NCBI GenBank assembly: GCA_965200875.1
Contig: OZ241456.1
Coordinates: 1,216,001 to 1,280,000, forward strand
Direction of reading: 5' to 3'
Length of the DNA stretch: 64,000 nucleotides
Origin: Bdellovibrionales bacterium
GTDB taxonomy: Bacteria > Bdellovibrionota > Bdellovibrionia > Bdellovibrionales > UBA1609
Positions 21,441 through 31,971 of this stretch are shown piece after piece; the first letter of the stretch is position 1; each line of letters starts with the position of its first letter. A model generated the notes under the pieces. That model worked only from the letters and a program-made list of their open reading frames with translations, made no database searches and had not been told where the DNA came from. The position numbers and the translations under genes are program-made.

Positions 21441-21987
21441 TGAAATTAATAATTGCTTTACTTTTTTTAAGCTTAGGTGTTTTGAGCTATGGCCAGAATG
21501 AGGCTACCTGTAATATTGATAATTATCGAGACTATATCTATACGATAGGAAATCATCAGTGCGATCTGGCAAATGCGGTTTTGTACGAAGCGGATTTGCG
21601 AGGAGCGAATTTGTACGGGGCTAATCTGCAGTGGGCGAAATTGATACTGGCTGATTTATCTTTGCATCCTCTGCTTCTGGATTTTTTTCTCAGTGGTTCT
21701 TTGGTAAGTCATTGAGAAATACGGATTTGCGAAGGGCGAATTTGTACGAGGCGAAATTGATCGCCGCGAATTTGAGTAATGCTCTTTTTAACTTTGCGGA
21801 TTTACGAAATGCGGATTTACGAGAGGCTAATTTTACAGAGGCGGATTTGAGCGGGGCGGATTTGCGAGGAGCGAATTTGCGAAGGGCGAATTTTTACAAT
21901 GCGAAAGTTGATCCGGACTTGGCGACTTTTTTAACTTCACAAGGTATAAGTGGTTTTATTGTTGTTGATGAGGAGGAAGGTAAATAA
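21440..21987 (+). pseudogene. Pentapeptide-repeat gene (array 1, gene 2) split by a 56-bp insertion
   Basis: Removing 21658-21713 restores GCTGATTTGAGAAAT and a single 163-aa frame. Confidence 0.85.
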
Positions 21988-22463
21988 TGAAATTAATAAT
22001 TACTTTACTATTTTTAAGCTTAGGAGCTTTTAGTTATGGCCAGAATGAGGCTACCTGTAATATTGATAATTATAAAGACTATATCTATACGCCCGGAGAT
22101 CATCAGTGCGATTTGGAAGGGGCATTTTTGTTCAGAATGAATTTGAGCTATGCGAATTTGCAAGGTGCGGATTTGCAAAGAGTGAATTTGTACAGAGCGA
22201 ATTTGCAATGGGCGAACTTGAGCGGGGCGTATTTGTACCGAGCGAATTTGCAAAGAGCGAATTTGCAAGGTGCGGATTTGCAAAGAGTGAATTTGTACAG
22301 AGCGGATTTGCAAGGGGCGAATTTGCAAGGTGCGGATTTGCAAGGGGCGAATTTGCGTAGTGCGAATTTTACAAATGCGAAAGTTGATCCGGATTTGGGT
22401 GCTTATTTAACCTCACAAGGTGTAAGTGGTTTTGTTGTTGTTGAAGATGAGGAAGGTCACTAA
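21987..22463 (+). CDS. Secreted pentapeptide-repeat protein (array 1, gene 3)
   Basis: Same signal peptide and C-cap; ANLQGADLQ repeats. Confidence 0.92.
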   Translation: MKLIITLLFLSLGAFSYGQNEATCNIDNYKDYIYTPGDHQCDLEGAFLFRMNLSYANLQGADLQRVNLYRANLQWANLSGAYLYRANLQRANLQGADLQRVNLYRADLQGANLQGADLQGANLRSANFTNAKVDPDLGAYLTSQGVSGFVVVEDEEGH

Positions 22464-23086
22464 TGAAATTAATAATTACTTTACTATTTTTAAGCTTAGG
22501 AGCTTTGAGCTATGGCCAGAATGAGGCTAAGACTACCTGTAATATTGATAATTATCGAGACTATATCTATACGCCCGGAAGGCATGAGTGCAATTTATCT
22601 GGTGCAGATTTGAGTGGTGCAGATTTGAGTAATGCGAATTTGTCTATGGCGAATTTGCGAGAGGCGAATTTGAGTAATACGAATCTGACTGGGGCGAATT
22701 TGTGGCTTGCGAATTTGTCTATGGCGAATTTGCGAGAGGCGAATTTGCGTAATGCGGATTTGCGTATTGCGGATTTGAGTTATGCGGGTTTGTGGGCGGC
22801 GAAGTTACACTCTGCGGATTTGAGCGGGGCGAATTTGTACCGAGCGGATTTGAGTAATGCGAATTTGTCTATGGCGAAGTTTCGTAATGTGAATTTGCGT
22901 GGTGCGAATTTGCGAGAGGCGAATTTGTATCTGGCGGATTTTTTCGTAGATAACGGGGATATTAAAAATACAGATTTTGGCAAGGCAAAAGTTGATCGGT
23001 TCGCAGCGTATTATTTATACTCAATAGGTGTAAGAGGTTTTGTTATTGTTGATGATGATCCTGTAGAAAACATAATAAATGAATAA
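22463..23086 (+). CDS. Secreted pentapeptide-repeat protein (array 1, gene 4)
   Basis: Same signal peptide; ANLSMANL repeats; variant C-cap AKVDRFAAYYL...ENIINE. Confidence 0.92.
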   Translation: MKLIITLLFLSLGALSYGQNEAKTTCNIDNYRDYIYTPGRHECNLSGADLSGADLSNANLSMANLREANLSNTNLTGANLWLANLSMANLREANLRNADLRIADLSYAGLWAAKLHSADLSGANLYRADLSNANLSMAKFRNVNLRGANLREANLYLADFFVDNGDIKNTDFGKAKVDRFAAYYLYSIGVRGFVIVDDDPVENIINE

Positions 23087-23154
23087 ACACTTTACTGTCT
23101 AGGAGGCAGATAATCTTCTACATTATAATTTTCATAACTTCCTTTGGTTAGAAG

Positions 23155-23190
23155 AAGCCTGTTTTAATCTCAGACAGGCTTTTTCGTTTT
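23155..23190 (+). terminator. Intrinsic terminator after array 1
   Basis: AAGCCTGT...ACAGGCTT stem followed by TTTCGTTTT. Confidence 0.75.
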
Positions 23191-23501
23191 AAGGTAATCA
23201 TAATCAACCGGGGTCGGTTGTATATCGCGAAAGGGGGGTTACGGTTTTCCCCCCGGCTCAAAACCCCCTTTTTATGCACTTATTCCCGCGGGAAAAGATG
23301 GAGACCCACCCACCGCGATGTATGATGCCCCCCCCCTTTTCTTTATGATTCCAGTTATTTTTTATTCACTTGTTTAAACAATAAATAGGTAAGTGTTTCA
23401 TTTTGAGAAGATAAGCAGAAAAATAAATATTCTTTACCAAGATTTTATGAGTCCGGGAAATAAGCGTGTATTCTGAATGGAAATAAAAAAAGGAGGGTTT
23501 T

Positions 23502-24068
23502 ATGAAGTTTATTTTATCCATAACATTGATGCCATTTTTTGCAGTTTTCAGTATATCGGCTTTTGGTTTTGGAGCTGTGGGGTCACACGGAACTACATAC
23601 CAAAGAGCCGCCGAAAGGAAGGCTAGAGCAACCAACAGCGGGGGTTCATCCTCAGTGCGAGTAAAGCGTAAAGCTCTTGTATCTCCACCAAAACCAACAG
23701 TAATTTCCGGTGGTGGCGTTTGGTTTAAACCAAAAGTAATGTATCAAAGTCCCTCTATACCTCCACCCCCTCCACTAAAAAGTTTCGGTGGTGGTGGTCC
23801 TGAAAAAGATGTAAGGTTCAGTCGTAGCATTGGGATAGCTCCAACGCCAGCAGTAAAAAGACTACCAGCTGGATCAAGTACTCTTGCTAAAGAAATTGAA
23901 CAATGGAAAAGTGACTATTTACGGGTAAAGGCAGAGCTTAATCATCTAAAAGCATCATGTTCTGGTTCTAGTGCGGAAACCCCGATTTCAGGTGGTAGTA
24001 TTCCAGATACTACAGTTATGCCGGGAAATTCAAATTCAAAAGTAATAGCATCAAAAACAGTGAGGTGA
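23502..24068 (+). CDS. Secreted Pro/Gly/Ser-rich hypothetical protein
   Basis: AGGAGG RBS; signal peptide; short coiled coil. Confidence 0.7.
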   Translation: MKFILSITLMPFFAVFSISAFGFGAVGSHGTTYQRAAERKARATNSGGSSSVRVKRKALVSPPKPTVISGGGVWFKPKVMYQSPSIPPPPPLKSFGGGGPEKDVRFSRSIGIAPTPAVKRLPAGSSTLAKEIEQWKSDYLRVKAELNHLKASCSGSSAETPISGGSIPDTTVMPGNSNSKVIASKTVR

Positions 24069-24187
24069 TTTTAAAATGGAAATAATGCTGTAATGAAAGA
24101 ATAAAAATATACAAAGCCAAGTTTCATATTTAATCCTTGGTAAAAAAATAATCTTATGGCCCGGAAGTGCCGAAAAGATAAATACAA

Positions 24188-24544
24188 ATGAAATATACAG
24201 TAATTATTTTCTTTTTAGATCTATGTGGTTGCGCTAGTACGGGTTTGTTTTCAAAAACCGGTTCGGCATTTGTGAGTGTTCAAACAGAAAGTGGTGGTGT
24301 GGCTTACAATAAAGGGGATATAAAAGCCACCGGTGAGGCTTGTTCATATAATGTTTTAGGTATTGTGGCGATTGGTGATAGCTCAATACACACGGCAAGA
24401 AAATACGGTGGCTTGAGCCGTGTTTTTTATTTTGATACTGAGATTGTCAATGCAATTGATCTTTTTGGAATGATTTGCACAAAAGTTTATAGACTCCCAC
24501 GGCTAAAGCCGTGGTGCTCTGCCTGGCGGCCACATGGAGAATAA
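24188..24544 (+). CDS. TRL-like family lipoprotein (C-terminus possibly altered)
   Basis: GEACSYNVLGIVAIGDSSIHTA...GG...CTKVY pattern; lipobox-like LCGC. Confidence 0.65.
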   Translation: MKYTVIIFFLDLCGCASTGLFSKTGSAFVSVQTESGGVAYNKGDIKATGEACSYNVLGIVAIGDSSIHTARKYGGLSRVFYFDTEIVNAIDLFGMICTKVYRLPRLKPWCSAWRPHGE

Positions 24545-24676
24545 TCAGAGGAAAACTTTGTTATTCCAGTAACTTAGAGCGAAAAAAGCCGAAATCCCAG
24601 AAAAAAATGATCACCCACCCTAGTTGCATCTTCTATGAGACTGTATTGGTCTCTTTTTTATAACCGCTGAAAGCAT

Positions 24677-26155
24677 CTACTCCAACCGGTAGTTAGGAGC
24701 TTCTTTCGTAATGTTCACATTATGGATATGTGATTCAGAAAAACTTTTAGAACTTATTTTTATAAATTGAGCTTTGTTTTGGAAATCAATAATATTTTTA
24801 GCACCAGAATATCCCATCCCGGCTTTTAACCCTCCCGCCATCTGGTACAAAACGCCACCGGCAGAACCCCGATAAGGAACTCTCCCCTCCACACCTTCCG
24901 GAACCATTTTATCAGAGACAAAAATATTTTCCTGACGATAACGATCTTTGGAACCTTTTTTCATGGCACCCAAACTCCCCATACCCCGGTAAGCTTTATA
25001 AGCTCTACCACGATAAAGCACCATCTCTCCGGGGCTTTCCTCTGAACCAGCCAACATATTCCCTACCATAACGGCATGTGCCCCTAAAGCTATGGCTTTT
25101 GTAAAATCCCCGGAATGTTTTAATCCTCCATCCGCCACTAAAGCTTTTCCTTTTTTTTCAAGTACACGCCCGCAATTCAAAATAGCACTCACCTGAGGAA
25201 CTCCCACACCAGAAACCACTCTGGTTGTACATATACTCCCAGGACCCATGCCCACTTTAACAATATCCGCACCGGCAGAAGCCAAAGCCATCGCTCCATC
25301 TCCTGTGGCCACATTGCCTGCCATGATAACTGTATCTTGGTATTTGTTTTTTAAAAAAGAAATCATATCCATTACATTTTTTGAAAAACCATGAGCCGTA
25401 TCCACACATAAAAGATCCACTTCTGCTGAAATCAGTTTTTCTGCTCTCTGTTTTTCGTCAGATCCTGCACCTATTCCCGCTCCCACAAACAGACGACCAT
25501 GCCTATCTTTGGTGGCAAACGGAAAAGCTGTGGCTTTTTCTATATCCTTGATAGTGATTAAACCTTTTAAAGCTCCCTTATTGTCCGTAACAGGTAGTTT
25601 TTCAATACGATGTTTATGTAAAATCTCCTTTGCTTTTTCCAAAGTGGTCCCCTCTCTGGCCGTAATCAGTTTTTCTTTGGAAGTCATAATATGGGAAACA
25701 GGCTGATTCAGATTTACTTCAAATCTGAGATCCCGATTAGTTAAAATTCCCTCCAGCTGATTTTTTTTTGTAATGGGAACTCCACTGATAGAATGCTTTT
25801 TCATCAATTCCAGAGCTTTATAAACGGACGCTGAAGGAGAAAGAGTAATGGGATCTAAGATCATTCCGCTTTCATACTTTTTCACTTTTTGCACTTCATA
25901 GCATTGGCTTTTAATACTCATGTTTTTATGGATCACACCAAATCCGCCGTTTTGCGCCATCACCTGTGCCATTTTATGCTCAGTAACAGTATCCATAGCG
26001 GCAGAAATAACAGGATTATTGAGAACAAGATTTTTTGTAAGACGCGTTTTTGTTGAAATTTGAGCTGGCAGAACTTCAGAATACCCTGGAAGGATAAGAA
26101 TATCATCAAAAGTAAGAGCCTCTTGTTGAGCCTGACGGAAAAAGTCCTCTCTCAT
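24677..26155 (-). CDS. guaB: IMP dehydrogenase
   Basis: [17 protein letters not shown] pair, [16 protein letters not shown]. Confidence 0.98.
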   Translation of the reverse strand: MREDFFRQAQQEALTFDDILILPGYSEVLPAQISTKTRLTKNLVLNNPVISAAMDTVTEHKMAQVMAQNGGFGVIHKNMSIKSQCYEVQKVKKYESGMILDPITLSPSASVYKALELMKKHSISGVPITKKNQLEGILTNRDLRFEVNLNQPVSHIMTSKEKLITAREGTTLEKAKEILHKHRIEKLPVTDNKGALKGLITIKDIEKATAFPFATKDRHGRLFVGAGIGAGSDEKQRAEKLISAEVDLLCVDTAHGFSKNVMDMISFLKNKYQDTVIMAGNVATGDGAMALASAGADIVKVGMGPGSICTTRVVSGVGVPQVSAILNCGRVLEKKGKALVADGGLKHSGDFTKAIALGAHAVMVGNMLAGSEESPGEMVLYRGRAYKAYRGMGSLGAMKKGSKDRYRQENIFVSDKMVPEGVEGRVPYRGSAGGVLYQMAGGLKAGMGYSGAKNIIDFQNKAQFIKISSKSFSESHIHNVNITKEAPNYRLE

Positions 26156-26213
26156 TATCCTTTAGCCTCTTACCAGAAATTAAGTGATATGGAAAGTATT
26201 TTTTTAAATGAAA

Positions 26214-26792
26214 TTAGTTAAGATACATGGGTTTTCTCACGGAGCCTTTTTTTAAAGGCTGTTCCATTTTTTGATCCAGCATATCCATCATAAATTGTTC
26301 CGTGCAGTAAAAACGACTGGCAGAATAAATCGCAAAGGGAATAACATCATCAGCATATAGATTCATGGAACGAACAACCGGATGACCACTCACAACCACT
26401 TGTGTATTAATGTTTCCTTTTTCGCATTTTAAAAAATAGCATTTTTCAATTTTTACCTTCATGGCATTTAAAAGCTCACCCAGAAAATGAAAAGGCTCCT
26501 CCCGGCGCATACTTTGATGAACAAAAATCTGCCCCTGCAAACGGGAAAGCGAAACAGCAAACCTTTTTGAACCTTCTTTTTCCTTAAAAACCATCAAACA
26601 AAGATTGGGAATCATACCTCCCACCAATCCGTGAGGAATGACCTCTACCCATTTGTCTTTTTCTGTTTGTTCCTGATGGAACTTGGATTTTTCTTTCAAA
26701 GCGTCTACTGCTTTTTCCAGAATAGGACCAGATCTATCAACAGGGGTTTTTACCTCTTTTTTGATTTCTTCTTTCATAACTCTCCTTATCAT
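26214..26792 (-). CDS. Divergent bifunctional-nuclease (DUF151)-like protein
   Basis: Downstream of miaB; overall pattern resembles DUF151 but the D.RPSD motif is not conserved. Confidence 0.45.
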   Translation of the reverse strand: MIRRVMKEEIKKEVKTPVDRSGPILEKAVDALKEKSKFHQEQTEKDKWVEVIPHGLVGGMIPNLCLMVFKEKEGSKRFAVSLSRLQGQIFVHQSMRREEPFHFLGELLNAMKVKIEKCYFLKCEKGNINTQVVVSGHPVVRSMNLYADDVIPFAIYSASRFYCTEQFMMDMLDQKMEQPLKKGSVRKPMYLN

Positions 26793-26853
26793 TAAACAGC
26801 TTTTCCAAGTTTAAAACCTATTTTTTGCCTGTCTGCAAATTATATCTTAAAAA

Positions 26854-28269
26854 TTATGACAATAATTCTCCATAAAGCACTTGAGGGTAGGTTTTGTGAA
26901 TTTTCACCGAAACAATTTTTCCTTTTAAGTGCTCAGGGCCGTAAAAGTGCACTACCTTGTTTTGAGGAGACCTTCCAGTTAAATATCTTGTTTTGTTACA
27001 CTTTTTCTCCACTAAAACCTCTAAAATCTGTTTTTTATACTCCTTTGACCGGGAAAAAGCAAATTCAATGTGTTTTTGATTCAGACGGGCAAGTCTTTTG
27101 GATTTTTCATTTTCCGGTACCTGATTTTCAAACTTGGCCGCTTTCGTAAAAGGACGAGGGGAATATTTGAAAGAATAAATCATTTCAAAAGGCACTTCAT
27201 CCAACAAACTCAAAGTATCCTGAAAGTCCCTTTCAGTTTCTCCGGGAAAACCTACGATTAAATCAGTGGAAAGAGCGACCTTTGGCATTCCATTTAAAAT
27301 CATTTTGGCTTTCTTAATATATTCCTCCCTAGTATAGCCTCGGTTCATTTTTTCCAAAATACGCGAATTTCCTGACTGAGCGGGCAAATGTATGGCGGGC
27401 ATTATTTTTTTTCTGTGAGATTGCATAATATCAATAAGCTCTTCATTAAAATCCTTTGGATGCGGAGAGGTAAAACGAAGCCTTTTAATATCTGTTTTTT
27501 CACATAAAGCCAGTAAAAGCTTGCCAAAATCAGAACCAGAATCGGAACAACGGTATGAATTGACATTTTGCCCCAGAAGAGTCACTTCCTTCACTCCTTT
27601 TTCCGTCAGATTTTTCACATCTTTACAAATATGAGAGAGAGGTCTGCTTCTTTCTCTGCCTCGTGTAAATGGCACTACACAAAAAGTGCAGAAATTGTCA
27701 CAACCCTTCATAATATTTACGAAAGCAGATACCTTAGGATTTCGAATCAGAGTTTGAATATGATAAGGTTCAGAGGTTGTAAAGCGAGTTTCCTTTATTT
27801 TCTGCTCCCCTTGCTCCATGCGGGACACAATATGAGGTAAATCGTCAATAGCGTCTGGACCAAATACAAAATCCACCAGTGGCATTTCCTGTAAAATCTT
27901 CTTTTTCTCCTGTTGGGCCACACAACCAGCTACTCCAATTTTCAGAAGAGGTTTTTTTTTCTTCAAAGCATGATAGCGTCCCACTTCCGATCGCACCTTA
28001 TGCATCGGCTTTTCACGAACAGAACAGGAATTGATAATAATCATTTGCGCCTGATCCGGGCTGACAGCAGGTGCATAGTTAATCATTTCCAGAAGAGAAT
28101 ACATTCTTTCTGTGTCATTCACATTCATCTGGCATCCATAAGTGGAAATATAAACATTTTTTTTCTGAGCAACAAAAGAGCGGTTATCTGGAAATGAATC
28201 TGACCTTTTTTCATTAAGGCTAGATGAAAGATTCGTATCTTTTAAAAGGCAACTATCTAGATTTTTCAT
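26854..28269 (-). CDS. miaB: tRNA-2-methylthio-N6-dimethylallyladenosine synthase
   Basis: TYGCQMNVND, GCDNFCTFCVVP radical-SAM motif, TRAM C-terminus. Confidence 0.97.
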   Translation of the reverse strand: MKNLDSCLLKDTNLSSSLNEKRSDSFPDNRSFVAQKKNVYISTYGCQMNVNDTERMYSLLEMINYAPAVSPDQAQMIIINSCSVREKPMHKVRSEVGRYHALKKKKPLLKIGVAGCVAQQEKKKILQEMPLVDFVFGPDAIDDLPHIVSRMEQGEQKIKETRFTTSEPYHIQTLIRNPKVSAFVNIMKGCDNFCTFCVVPFTRGRERSRPLSHICKDVKNLTEKGVKEVTLLGQNVNSYRCSDSGSDFGKLLLALCEKTDIKRLRFTSPHPKDFNEELIDIMQSHRKKIMPAIHLPAQSGNSRILEKMNRGYTREEYIKKAKMILNGMPKVALSTDLIVGFPGETERDFQDTLSLLDEVPFEMIYSFKYSPRPFTKAAKFENQVPENEKSKRLARLNQKHIEFAFSRSKEYKKQILEVLVEKKCNKTRYLTGRSPQNKVVHFYGPEHLKGKIVSVKIHKTYPQVLYGELLS

Positions 28270-28284
28270 TTTTTTCCTTCTTTT

Positions 28285-28902
28285 TTAAAAATCATCCAAT
28301 TTGGCACTGAAAATAGACTCATCTTTTTCCACAAAAATATTCATTTCTCTGGTAACCAGTTCAAAATTTTTTTCGGTTTTTAGATCTTTTAACATACAGT
28401 GTAAAGCTTCTGCTCCAAAAAGATGAATCAATTGTTGAATGGTATTGGACAAATGATTTTCTTTCAACAACTTTTTCTTTTTCCTGAGATATTGCCAGAA
28501 AGCCAAATAATGATATCTGCAATATATATCCGTTACCGCAAGCTGGTCACAGTTTTCTTCATTACAGTAACGATTGCCTTCCACATCTGTAAAGATTTCT
28601 TCTTGATTTTTTTGGTTTAAGTTTTCCAATTCTTTTTTTAATTCCAGTATTTTTCGTTTTTCTGCAGTTTGCGGAATTAATTTTTTTTCTGTTTTTTTTG
28701 CAGGAATTTTTTTTAGTGCCAAAGAATTTTTCTGTTTTTGACCATCCTGCTTAATTGTCAATTCTCCTGTGACTTTGGTAGAGGTTTTGACAGATTTAAC
28801 AGGCTTTTCAGACTTAGAGGATTGACCAGCTTTGGAAATATTTTTTAATTTTTTTGTTCCCGTGTCTGCACGCACCATTTTTTTCTTTTTTTTGACTGTC
28901 AT
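28285..28902 (-). CDS. Hypothetical protein: Lys-rich N-terminus, putative Zn-binding C..C..CRYH
   Basis: RYCNEENCDQLAVTDIYCRYHYL; GGAGA RBS before ATG 28902. Confidence 0.7.
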   Translation of the reverse strand: MTVKKKKKMVRADTGTKKLKNISKAGQSSKSEKPVKSVKTSTKVTGELTIKQDGQKQKNSLALKKIPAKKTEKKLIPQTAEKRKILELKKELENLNQKNQEEIFTDVEGNRYCNEENCDQLAVTDIYCRYHYLAFWQYLRKKKKLLKENHLSNTIQQLIHLFGAEALHCMLKDLKTEKNFELVTREMNIFVEKDESIFSAKLDDF

Positions 28903-29124
28903 AGTTATTCTCCATTTTCTTTGAATAATGCACTCAAAGTTCACTACACTGTCCAGTGGTCCGGGATAAAGCTGATAACACATTATTATCACTTGATTTT
29001 TTTATAATTTATTTGGAAAATAATTGCAAGGTTTTACAATCAAACCTTTTGTTTTCTTGCAACATTTGTCAGTAAAAAAGCTTCTTTACCAATACTCGAC
29101 CTTGAGGCGAGACAGAAAAGTGAG

Positions 29125-30141
29125 TCAGTAAATTTTAATAGAACCGGAATGGCTTTTCAAGGACACATTTCCTTTTCTTTTTCCACCCCGCATTTGGCCT
29201 TTCGCGCGATCCATGCCACCAGTTTTAATACGATTAAAATACACTGGTGTAAAAAGTTTTCCTTCCCATGTTTCCGCAGTAACCCAAGCTTTTGAATGAG
29301 GAATATTTAAGTGAATTTTCCCAAAATCCGTTTCAATATTCACTTCATTAGGATATATAAGCCCTCTCACCTCTCCTTCTCTGGAATAACCAAAAACAGA
29401 ACCAATCATGGGTTTTAAATAGATTCCCCCTTTTTCCTGCTGAAAATTCAGCCGACCAGTGAAGTGATTTAAAACAAGAGGAGCACGAAAGGACCTCACA
29501 GATAAATGTCCCTTTGATTTGCCAATGACCATTTGACCTTTAAAACTATTTAAATTCATTTCTTGGCCGGTACAGGATTCCAATGTAACATGAGAATTTT
29601 CTGCCTGCACTGTTATATTCCCTTTGTGGGAGGTAACTTTTATGTTTCCCGCGCCTTGGAAAACATTTAAATTACCATCTGTATTTTGTACATGAATGAA
29701 ACCTCTACCCGGCATGAACACAGACAAATTTGTTTTTCGAAATTGATTTATTGCCACTTTTCCTGCAAAAACAGCTATTTCCACTGAAAGATATGCTGGC
29801 ACCTGTATAGTCATTACAGGAGCTTTGCCGGAAACATTCCATGTTATTTTTTCATCAGGAAAATCCTTTTCAGAGATAACTAAAGTTTCTGATTCTTCTC
29901 TCATGTCCAAAGATGCGTTATAATGTGTTTCTATTTCTCTCTTTTTTTTCTTACTCTTTCGCTGAAACAAGCGAATATGCGCATAATGTGCTTGCACTCT
30001 GATATTGGTAATCTTGGCCGGTAATTTATATTTACGGGTAATAGTGCCCCTTTTCCTCGCAGAAGCATTAGGAACAAGAAAATCTGATATATTAAGAGCA
30101 ATCATTAAAAAAAAACAGAAAACCATGATGCAAAATAACAA
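29125..30141 (-). CDS. DUF4097/adhesin-like beta-strand repeat protein
   Basis: Repeated G.I.V/G.V beta units; N-terminal hydrophobic segment; ends SLKSHSGSIKIY. Confidence 0.7.
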   Translation of the reverse strand: MLFCIMVFCFFLMIALNISDFLVPNASARKRGTITRKYKLPAKITNIRVQAHYAHIRLFQRKSKKKKREIETHYNASLDMREESETLVISEKDFPDEKITWNVSGKAPVMTIQVPAYLSVEIAVFAGKVAINQFRKTNLSVFMPGRGFIHVQNTDGNLNVFQGAGNIKVTSHKGNITVQAENSHVTLESCTGQEMNLNSFKGQMVIGKSKGHLSVRSFRAPLVLNHFTGRLNFQQEKGGIYLKPMIGSVFGYSREGEVRGLIYPNEVNIETDFGKIHLNIPHSKAWVTAETWEGKLFTPVYFNRIKTGGMDRAKGQMRGGKRKGNVSLKSHSGSIKIY

Positions 30142-30150
30142 AGGATTTAT

Positions 30151-30372
30151 TTAATTAACAGCTTTTTTAAGAGAGTGTGTCATAATTAGCTGATCAAGTT
30201 TTGACTCTATCTTATCCATACGGTTTTCCATACGCTTTTCCATACGCGCTTGATTGTCCTTTACTGGTTGTATTTGCCAATTCATTATTACTGATTGCCC
30301 GGTAAATAAAGCCACCAAGCAAATAATCACAGTCGCTAAAGGCATTAAATTTTTTAATATTTCCATACTCAC
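30151..30372 (-). CDS. Small membrane-anchored coiled-coil protein
   Basis: TM segment plus RMEKRMENRMDK; degenerate partial copy at 36733-36858. Confidence 0.6.
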   Translation of the reverse strand: MSMEILKNLMPLATVIICLVALFTGQSVIMNWQIQPVKDNQARMEKRMENRMDKIESKLDQLIMTHSLKKAVN

Positions 30373-30610
30373 ATTATATCACAGTTCTTTTCCTGTTTCA
30401 AAAATAACCAAGAACCTTGATACCCATTTTGTCTTTAGTGTCTGAACTTTACACAGCTCTTTGTTTCACTTTGAAACACTTTTCATCACCAATCTCTAAA
30501 CACTTATCAATCAAATATAAAAATATACAACTATTTCAATCACTTGTAAAAACCTCTCCCCTTTTCTTGCACTTTATTTATACATAAACCAAAAAACAAA
30601 GGAGAAAAAA

Positions 30611-31321
30611 ATGAACTTAATAAATTGCCCAAACTGTGGAAACAAAATCAAAAAAACCGGAAACACTTTGCACTGTCAGTGTGGATGGCATAAATCCCTC
30701 AACCAAACAAAAGAAAGACAAATCCAAAATAAGATCGCAAAAAACATCTTTATCGCTGGACTCACTTTGATGGGTTTTGTGGTTTATGTTGGAAACTGGG
30801 GATCCGCTTCCCTGACCATTATGCCTCTTAAAGCCAGACAATGGACAGGAACACTCAATGAAAAGTCTTTTAAAAAACTGACTTCTCTTTGTCTTCAGCT
30901 TAAAAAATACAACTGCACGGAAAACGCGCACAGATCTTTTTTTCGCTCTTCAAACGATATGAAAATACTTGCAAAACTCGGAGAATTTCAATACCGCAGA
31001 AACAGACTGGAATCAGCCAGCAAAACTTACAAAGAGTATTTTACTAAAAAAGGTTCCAGTGTAAAGGCCGCTTACAATTACGCCCGTATTCTGGAAAAAC
31101 AAGGACAAGTAGAATTTGCTCTTTCTTACTACAAATATGCTTTAAACGCCCGCCCAAACACTGTGCAGATTACTGTTATGCGTGCTTACATTAATCTATT
31201 GGTGAAATCCGGCCAAGTGAATAAAGCCAGAAAGGAATTAGTAAAATTTAAACCTATCCTGAAAAGATCTGGTTCTTTGGTTCAGCAAGAGTACGAACGG
31301 TGGCAAAAACAAACCATTTAA
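30611..31321 (+). CDS. Zn-ribbon + TM + TPR-like protein
   Basis: CPNCG...CQCG; TM segment; TPR-like helices; AAGGAG RBS. Confidence 0.8.
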   Translation: MNLINCPNCGNKIKKTGNTLHCQCGWHKSLNQTKERQIQNKIAKNIFIAGLTLMGFVVYVGNWGSASLTIMPLKARQWTGTLNEKSFKKLTSLCLQLKKYNCTENAHRSFFRSSNDMKILAKLGEFQYRRNRLESASKTYKEYFTKKGSSVKAAYNYARILEKQGQVEFALSYYKYALNARPNTVQITVMRAYINLLVKSGQVNKARKELVKFKPILKRSGSLVQQEYERWQKQTI

Positions 31322-31370
31322 TCGGTCGCTCTTAACAACTTAAAACCTACCACTCAACAACAACACCATT

Positions 31371-31402
31371 AAGCCTCTTCCCAAAAAGAAGAGGCTTTTT
31401 TA
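31371..31402 (+). terminator. Intrinsic terminator
   Basis: AAGCCTCTTC...GAAGAGGCTT followed by a T-run. Confidence 0.8.
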
Positions 31403-31444
31403 TTTGATTCCCTCTGATAGATTTTCATTCTCAGTGATATATAA

Positions 31445-31680
31445 CCAACCCCCGGTTGCTTATGATTCCCTTAAAACGAAAAAGCCCGTCTGAGATTAAA
31501 ACAGGCTTCTTCTAACCAAAGAAAGTTATGAAAATTATAATGTAGAAGATTATCTGCCTCCTAGGCAGTAAAGTTTTTATTCATTTATTATGTTTTCTGA
31601 AGGATCGTCTTCAACAACAACAAAATACCTTACACCTAGTGAGTATAAAAAATACGCTACTAACCGATCAACTTTCGCAC
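31445..31680 (-). repeat. Inverted copy of the array-1 3' end and terminator (about 22990-23220)
   Basis: Reverse complement nearly matches, including AAAACGAAAAAGCC.GTCTGAGATTAAAACAGGCTTCTTCTA. Confidence 0.9.
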
Positions 31681-31697
31681 TGTAAAAATCCGCCCAT
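31577..31697 (-). pseudogene. C-terminal fragment of a pentapeptide-repeat gene (array 2)
   Basis: WADFYSAKVDRLVAYFLYSLGV...ENIINE, paralogous to the end of 22463-23086; cut near the repeat element at 31716. Confidence 0.8.
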
Positions 31698-31715
31698 CTA
31701 ATACTCCATTTACTT

Positions 31716-31860
31716 AGTGGTCCGTGAAAAAGTATGTTATTTTCCTGGATTCCCATTTTCACGGGACTGAAAGCCAACAACTTGGCTTTCAGTTTCCTTG
31801 GGAAAGTACCTGAAAAAAGAGTGTGATAATTAAAGCACTATGGGTTTTTCACAGCGGGTT
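31716..31860. mobile_element. Short inverted-repeat element, copy C
   Basis: AGTGGTCCGTGAAAAAGTATGTT...GGATTCCC...GGG...TTTTTCACAG. Confidence 0.65.
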
Positions 31861-31971
31861 ATCTATTGTGCCAGTTAAAAAATCAAACTCATTTATAAAA
31901 AATCCCTGTTCATTATTCAGAAACTATGGTGTAAAAATGTGAAACAACATAACAAAGAGGAGGGTAACCTT

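Noticed and set aside
22020..22360. Repetitive alternative-frame ORFs over pentapeptide genes (also 21137, 22780, 33570, 34309, 35232)
   Set aside because: Open only because the 15-bp repeats lack stops in those frames
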